IMG/VR virus record: IMGVR_UViG_3300042526_000595
Span: 1 to 64,000 of that record
Reading direction: 5' to 3' (one strand)
Length of the DNA: 64,000 nucleotides
From: an uncultured virus (IMG/VR IMGVR_UViG_3300042526_000595)
Lineage: Duplodnaviria > Heunggongvirae > Uroviricota > Caudoviricetes
Shown piece after piece: positions 59,852 through 64,000 of the stretch. The stretch's first letter is position 1; every line of letters starts with the position of its first letter. A program made the translations under genes and the position numbers. The notes under the pieces were generated by a model. It did no database searches. It was not told the origin of the DNA and saw nothing but the letters and a program-made list of their open reading frames with translations.

Positions 59852-61425
59852 TGCAAATAGATAGTCAAAATAAGTATCAAATATTATTTGCCGGTAGAGT
59901 ATATGATAACCAAGACCCCACTATGCTTGGTCGTTTACGTGTTTTACCTGAAAGTAAAGATTATTCGGCCATAATAGGAGCTGTCCCAAATTGGTCTGAA
60001 GAGACTGATAAATGGACAAGTAAAGACCCAATTGTTTTTATACCATTATTACCTTTCTACATTAGTCAAACACCTAAAATTGATGAATATGTTCATATCA
60101 TTTATATGAACAAACAATTCCCAAATCAAAATCAATTTTACATTCAAGGACCATTTTCTTCGCCAACAAAAACATCATTTGAGCAATTTAATGGTGCTCA
60201 AAAATTTTTAGCGTCAGGTGATAAAATAAAAGAGGGGATATCAATTAAAAATCAAAATGGTGAATATAGAAACCCAACTTTAAATAAGGGTATTTATCCT
60301 GAACCAGGAGATAACGCTTTATTGGGTAGAGGTTCAGCTGATGTCGTTGTAAAACAAAATGAGGTGTTAATTCGCGCTGGTAAATCAAAACCTCTTACCG
60401 GAGCATTACCTGAAGTTAACACAAAAAGAGGGTTTTTACAATTATCTAATTTCTCAACACAAGAAATTCCTGGTACACCAACAATGGACACTAGGTTTGA
60501 GGAAGTTGTTGATATGGTTAAAAAAATGATAATATGGGATGTGTCATCAACATTAGAAAGTAATTCTAATTTTACTGGAACCGTTAGTTTACATAATGTA
60601 ATACCAAGTATTTCTGTTAATACTAAAAATTTTAAACCGGAAAGTATTACATCTTTAAGTGTTGGTACTAACTATACAAATGCCGTTGAGAGTTATTCTT
60701 TTGTTGGTGATGACTTTGATACTTGTATCAATAAAATTAATAAATTTATTTCTTCCGTTTTTGATGGTCATATTGATATTCCGGGATATGCGGTTAAAAA
60801 CCCCCAAAATTTTGTAAAGGGGGCTAATTTACCTTTAATTGTTACTCCATCAAAATTATCCTATGAAATAGGTAATAACACTAACCCAAACACTACAAAT
60901 ATAACCGCTATCACAAATTACATTAAATTTTACTCTAAAATTAAATGTAATTCAACTCAAACAAAAACCGGTTTTTTCCTAATATCCACAACAAATTCAA
61001 AAGGAGCACCATTTATTGGTCCACAATTTGATAAAAAAGAAGAGATTTCAATATTAAATGATTTCAATAATTCTGATATAACTTATGGAATATTGGGTAG
61101 TCAAAGAGTTTATTTATTGTCTCACGATTCAACAGGACCAAAAGGTTTAATTGATTTATCTGACACTCTTTATGGTATTCCCCAAGATAGATTTGTTAGA
61201 GGTGAGGGAAGTATTCTTAATAAAACTTACCCTGTTGTTAGAGGAGACCAATTGATGATATTACTCCGAAAAATGTTTGCTTTTGTTACGGGTCACGTAC
61301 ACCCAACGGCGACAATGGCTCCGGTTCCGGTGGCATCTGGTAATGGACAAACTAGTTTTGAGGTAGAAAGTATTTTAGCCAATGCGGAAAATGACATACT
61401 AAATCAAAATATTCGAATTAATTGA
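59851..61425 (+). CDS. Baseplate hub/central spike protein, gp5/gpV-like
   Basis: GRVYDNQDPTMLGRLRV OB-fold start, PKIDEYV, C-terminal VRGDQL...GHVHP. Confidence 0.72.
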   Translation: MQIDSQNKYQILFAGRVYDNQDPTMLGRLRVLPESKDYSAIIGAVPNWSEETDKWTSKDPIVFIPLLPFYISQTPKIDEYVHIIYMNKQFPNQNQFYIQGPFSSPTKTSFEQFNGAQKFLASGDKIKEGISIKNQNGEYRNPTLNKGIYPEPGDNALLGRGSADVVVKQNEVLIRAGKSKPLTGALPEVNTKRGFLQLSNFSTQEIPGTPTMDTRFEEVVDMVKKMIIWDVSSTLESNSNFTGTVSLHNVIPSISVNTKNFKPESITSLSVGTNYTNAVESYSFVGDDFDTCINKINKFISSVFDGHIDIPGYAVKNPQNFVKGANLPLIVTPSKLSYEIGNNTNPNTTNITAITNYIKFYSKIKCNSTQTKTGFFLISTTNSKGAPFIGPQFDKKEEISILNDFNNSDITYGILGSQRVYLLSHDSTGPKGLIDLSDTLYGIPQDRFVRGEGSILNKTYPVVRGDQLMILLRKMFAFVTGHVHPTATMAPVPVASGNGQTSFEVESILANAENDILNQNIRIN

Positions 61426-61433
61426 TATTTATA
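61426..61433 (+). promoter_or_regulatory. Putative late promoter TATTTATA
   Basis: 14 nt before ATG 61448. Confidence 0.7.
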
Positions 61434-61447
61434 AGTAAAACACTTAA

Positions 61448-62923
61448 ATGTCAATTAATAACTCATATTTTAGCAAGAACAATACCCTTACTTCAAATAG
61501 CTTTGTAAATACTGGAAGAAATCCGGTTACCGAGCTTTTTTATGGTTCAGTTATTAGTTCTCAATACCCAAACGGGTATAGTAGATTTATCTTTGATTTA
61601 GATTTAACCTTATTAACTCAAAAAGTTTCTGATGGTACAATAAGTTTAAATTGTGGTGAACTTCCAACACATACTTTAAGAATGGTGAATACCTCATCAT
61701 TTAATGAAGAACTATTAAATACTACCACATCTCAAGGTAGAATGAGAGCCACTTCATTTGATTTAATTTTATTTAGAATACCATATATTGATAATGACCC
61801 TGACCAACCCCAAGTTTGGGATGAAGGTGTTGGGTATGATTTTGCCGATTTAATTTACGATTATAGTCCATCAGATAAAAACTTTTCTGATAGAGCATCA
61901 AATTGGTTTCAAACAACCACTATTGGTACTTGGGAAGAAGAAGGTATATATAATAATCAAAACATTGGTAATGTTCCTTATAGTGGGTTAACCATTGTTG
62001 ATACCCAACATTTTGAATTTGGTAATGAAAATGTTAGTTTTAATATGTCGGACGAAATTAATGCTATATTAACCGGTCAATTAACTAATGTTTCAGGATG
62101 GGGAATTGCTTACAAACCACAAGTTGAGAACATAACAGGTATTACCGATAACTACGAAGTTCAATTTTTTACTCGTCATACACAAACATTTTACGAACCA
62201 TTTTTAGAAACATCTTACGATGATTTAATTCAAGATGATAGAAATTTATTTAGTTTGGGAAAAGTAAATAAATTATACCTATATCTTTTTGATAATGGTA
62301 ATCCGATTAATTTAGATAATAATCCAATGGTGGATATTTTAGATTCGACAGGTACTGAAATATCTGGTCTAATTGGTCTTAGTACTTGTCAAAAAACTAA
62401 AGGTGTGTATGAAGTTATTATCCCTCCTCTTTTAGGTTATAAAACACCTTGCACATTTTCTGATAGATGGTATAATTTAAATTTAAACGGATTTGGATTA
62501 CCTCAAATGACTAACGATTTTGTTATATACCCATTAAAAAATTCAATTCAAATGGGGGTTGTTTCATCTGAACCTAAATTATATGGTTTTGACTTTTATG
62601 GTTTAAAACAAGATGAAAAAATATATAATACCGACATGAGAAAAGTTGGTGTGGTTATTAAACAAGCATATTCTACACAAAAATTATTGCAAAATGTTAG
62701 TGCGTATTATAGAATTTATGTTAGAGAAGGTCAAACAGAAGTTCAAGTACAAGATTGGACAAAAATTAATCGAACACCAAATGAATATTATTTTATGTTC
62801 GACACAAGAGATAAAATACCAAATGAATATTACATAGATATAAAAGTCGAAAGTAGTGGGGAAATAAACACTTACAAAAAACAAATCAAATTTCAGATTG
62901 TTAATGTAAAATATTCAGAATAA
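61448..62923 (+). CDS. Putative structural protein
   Basis: 491-aa beta-rich ORF behind late promoter; SRFIFDLDL, WDEGVGYD. Confidence 0.6.
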   Translation: MSINNSYFSKNNTLTSNSFVNTGRNPVTELFYGSVISSQYPNGYSRFIFDLDLTLLTQKVSDGTISLNCGELPTHTLRMVNTSSFNEELLNTTTSQGRMRATSFDLILFRIPYIDNDPDQPQVWDEGVGYDFADLIYDYSPSDKNFSDRASNWFQTTTIGTWEEEGIYNNQNIGNVPYSGLTIVDTQHFEFGNENVSFNMSDEINAILTGQLTNVSGWGIAYKPQVENITGITDNYEVQFFTRHTQTFYEPFLETSYDDLIQDDRNLFSLGKVNKLYLYLFDNGNPINLDNNPMVDILDSTGTEISGLIGLSTCQKTKGVYEVIIPPLLGYKTPCTFSDRWYNLNLNGFGLPQMTNDFVIYPLKNSIQMGVVSSEPKLYGFDFYGLKQDEKIYNTDMRKVGVVIKQAYSTQKLLQNVSAYYRIYVREGQTEVQVQDWTKINRTPNEYYFMFDTRDKIPNEYYIDIKVESSGEINTYKKQIKFQIVNVKYSE

Positions 62924-62928
62924 ATGGA

Positions 62929-62936
62929 TATTTATA
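62929..62936 (+). promoter_or_regulatory. Putative late promoter TATTTATA
   Basis: 11 nt before ATG 62948. Confidence 0.7.
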
Positions 62937-62947
62937 AATAAAAAATT

Positions 62948-63313
62948 ATGGCAAATATATATTACTCAGGGACATCTTGTATTGATGATTCACCAATTGA
63001 ACTTATTTCGGTTGAGGGTCTTTTAACCGGAAAAACATATCAAGATACTAATTTAAATTGTATTTCATTGGATTTTAGCGCGTCTACAACCGGAGAAACT
63101 AATACAACATTCGTATATGGTCCGTTCGACGATTGTACCGAGTGTAATGCTCCACTATCAGCAGGAACTGAATATAATGTATGTGTATTAGATTGTAGTG
63201 GTAACACTATATCTATAATACCCCCTCATCCGACTTATACAAATGGATTAGGTAAAGCGGTAGTTCAATTAAACGCAATTGCGTTAGGAGGAATAAACGG
63301 ATTAAACAATTAA
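62948..63313 (+). CDS. Small Cys-rich putative virion protein
   Basis: FDDCTEC; C-terminal PHPTYTN...VQLNAIALGGINGLN. Confidence 0.65.
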   Translation: MANIYYSGTSCIDDSPIELISVEGLLTGKTYQDTNLNCISLDFSASTTGETNTTFVYGPFDDCTECNAPLSAGTEYNVCVLDCSGNTISIIPPHPTYTNGLGKAVVQLNAIALGGINGLNN

Positions 63314-63328
63314 AAATAAATAAAAATT

Positions 63329-63670
63329 ATGTTATACGCACAAATTACACCGGCAGCTGAAAAAACAACACAAGTAACCCCTTTCTCAGCAATTACTGAA
63401 TCCGCAGACTTAATGTTTGCTGTGGCAAGACCATACACATTAGGAGCTTCAAGAGTTAACTTCCAAGTAACTTTCGGAAATGGAACTATCGCCGACGGTT
63501 TAGTTTCTAACTTTCAAGAATTATTATCGTCAAATGTTACTCTAACGAGTGATGAACTTTCAAATTGGGGTACTGATGATTCCGTTGTATTAGGAACTAT
63601 CGCAACCAAATTAGGAACAACATCTTTAGGTGTTTATACCTCAGCTCCACAACAAGGAAACAATTTTTAA
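63329..63670 (+). CDS. Hypothetical protein
   Basis: 113-aa ORF; WGTDDS. Confidence 0.7.
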   Translation: MLYAQITPAAEKTTQVTPFSAITESADLMFAVARPYTLGASRVNFQVTFGNGTIADGLVSNFQELLSSNVTLTSDELSNWGTDDSVVLGTIATKLGTTSLGVYTSAPQQGNNF

Positions 63671-63710
63671 TTAAAAGTTTAATTTTTCTTTTTTATATCA
63701 TTTTTATTAT

Positions 63711-63718
63711 TATCTTTG
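63711..63718 (+). promoter_or_regulatory. Bacteroidota-type -7 promoter box TATCTTTG
   Basis: Matches TAnnTTTG consensus, 21 nt before ATG 63740. Confidence 0.55.
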
Positions 63719-63739
63719 TAGAATAATCTAAAAATAAAA

Positions 63740-64000
63740 ATGATGAAAATTTTAAGGAGATTAAGGAAAAAAATTAATTATAAGATTGTTAAATTCTTCA
63801 GAAATCTAACAAGTAATGATAGACCAATACTTGAGGATAATGAAAGAATATGTACATCTGTATGTAGAAAATTAATTAATCACCCAAATTCTAAATTTTT
63901 AATCGCCCCCCTTTCAATGAAGAGGTACATTAAGAATAGCGAATTAGAATTATTTATTGTTTTACAAGATAGACAAATTAGTATCACTAACCATGTATAT
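63740..64000 (+). CDS. Hypothetical protein, 3' truncated by window edge
   Basis: Open frame MMKILRRLRKKINY...ISITNHVY to the end of the window. Confidence 0.7.
   Translation, partial: MMKILRRLRKKINYKIVKFFRNLTSNDRPILEDNERICTSVCRKLINHPNSKFLIAPLSMKRYIKNSELELFIVLQDRQISITNHVY

Noticed and set aside
1..64000. Stop-codon reassignment (alternative genetic code)
   Set aside because: Long ORFs tile the window under the standard code; TAA ends most genes and TGA ends several (3140, 14078, 22803). Only one internal stop was found.

Overview
AT-rich, gene-dense segment of a large tailed-phage (jumbo-phage-like, T4-style myovirus gene content) genome. A Bacteroidota host is suggested by a TAnnTTTG promoter box and the A/T-rich, Shine-Dalgarno-poor start regions. 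The window encodes a SNF2 helicase, a Mn/Fe-SOD fused to a nuclease-like domain, a gp13-like neck protein, family B DNA polymerase, a papain-like peptidase, Pro/Thr-linked LRR/beta-propeller/beta-helix virion proteins, about 18 glycosyl-, methyl- and sulfo-transferase genes, dUTPase, PhoH, a gp55-like late sigma factor, a gp5-like spike and two free-standing homing endonucleases. The most striking feature is at 46037-47296. A glycosyltransferase whose start overlaps a homing endonuclease is interrupted by GGT-TAA-CAA-AAC-GGT, i.e. matched codons flanking a stop, directly behind a 66-nt GC-rich hairpin. This is a candidate programmed ribosomal bypass (12-nt hop) coupled to a homing endonuclease, analogous to T4 mobA/gene 60. 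All product calls rest on motif recognition by eye; no searches were run.
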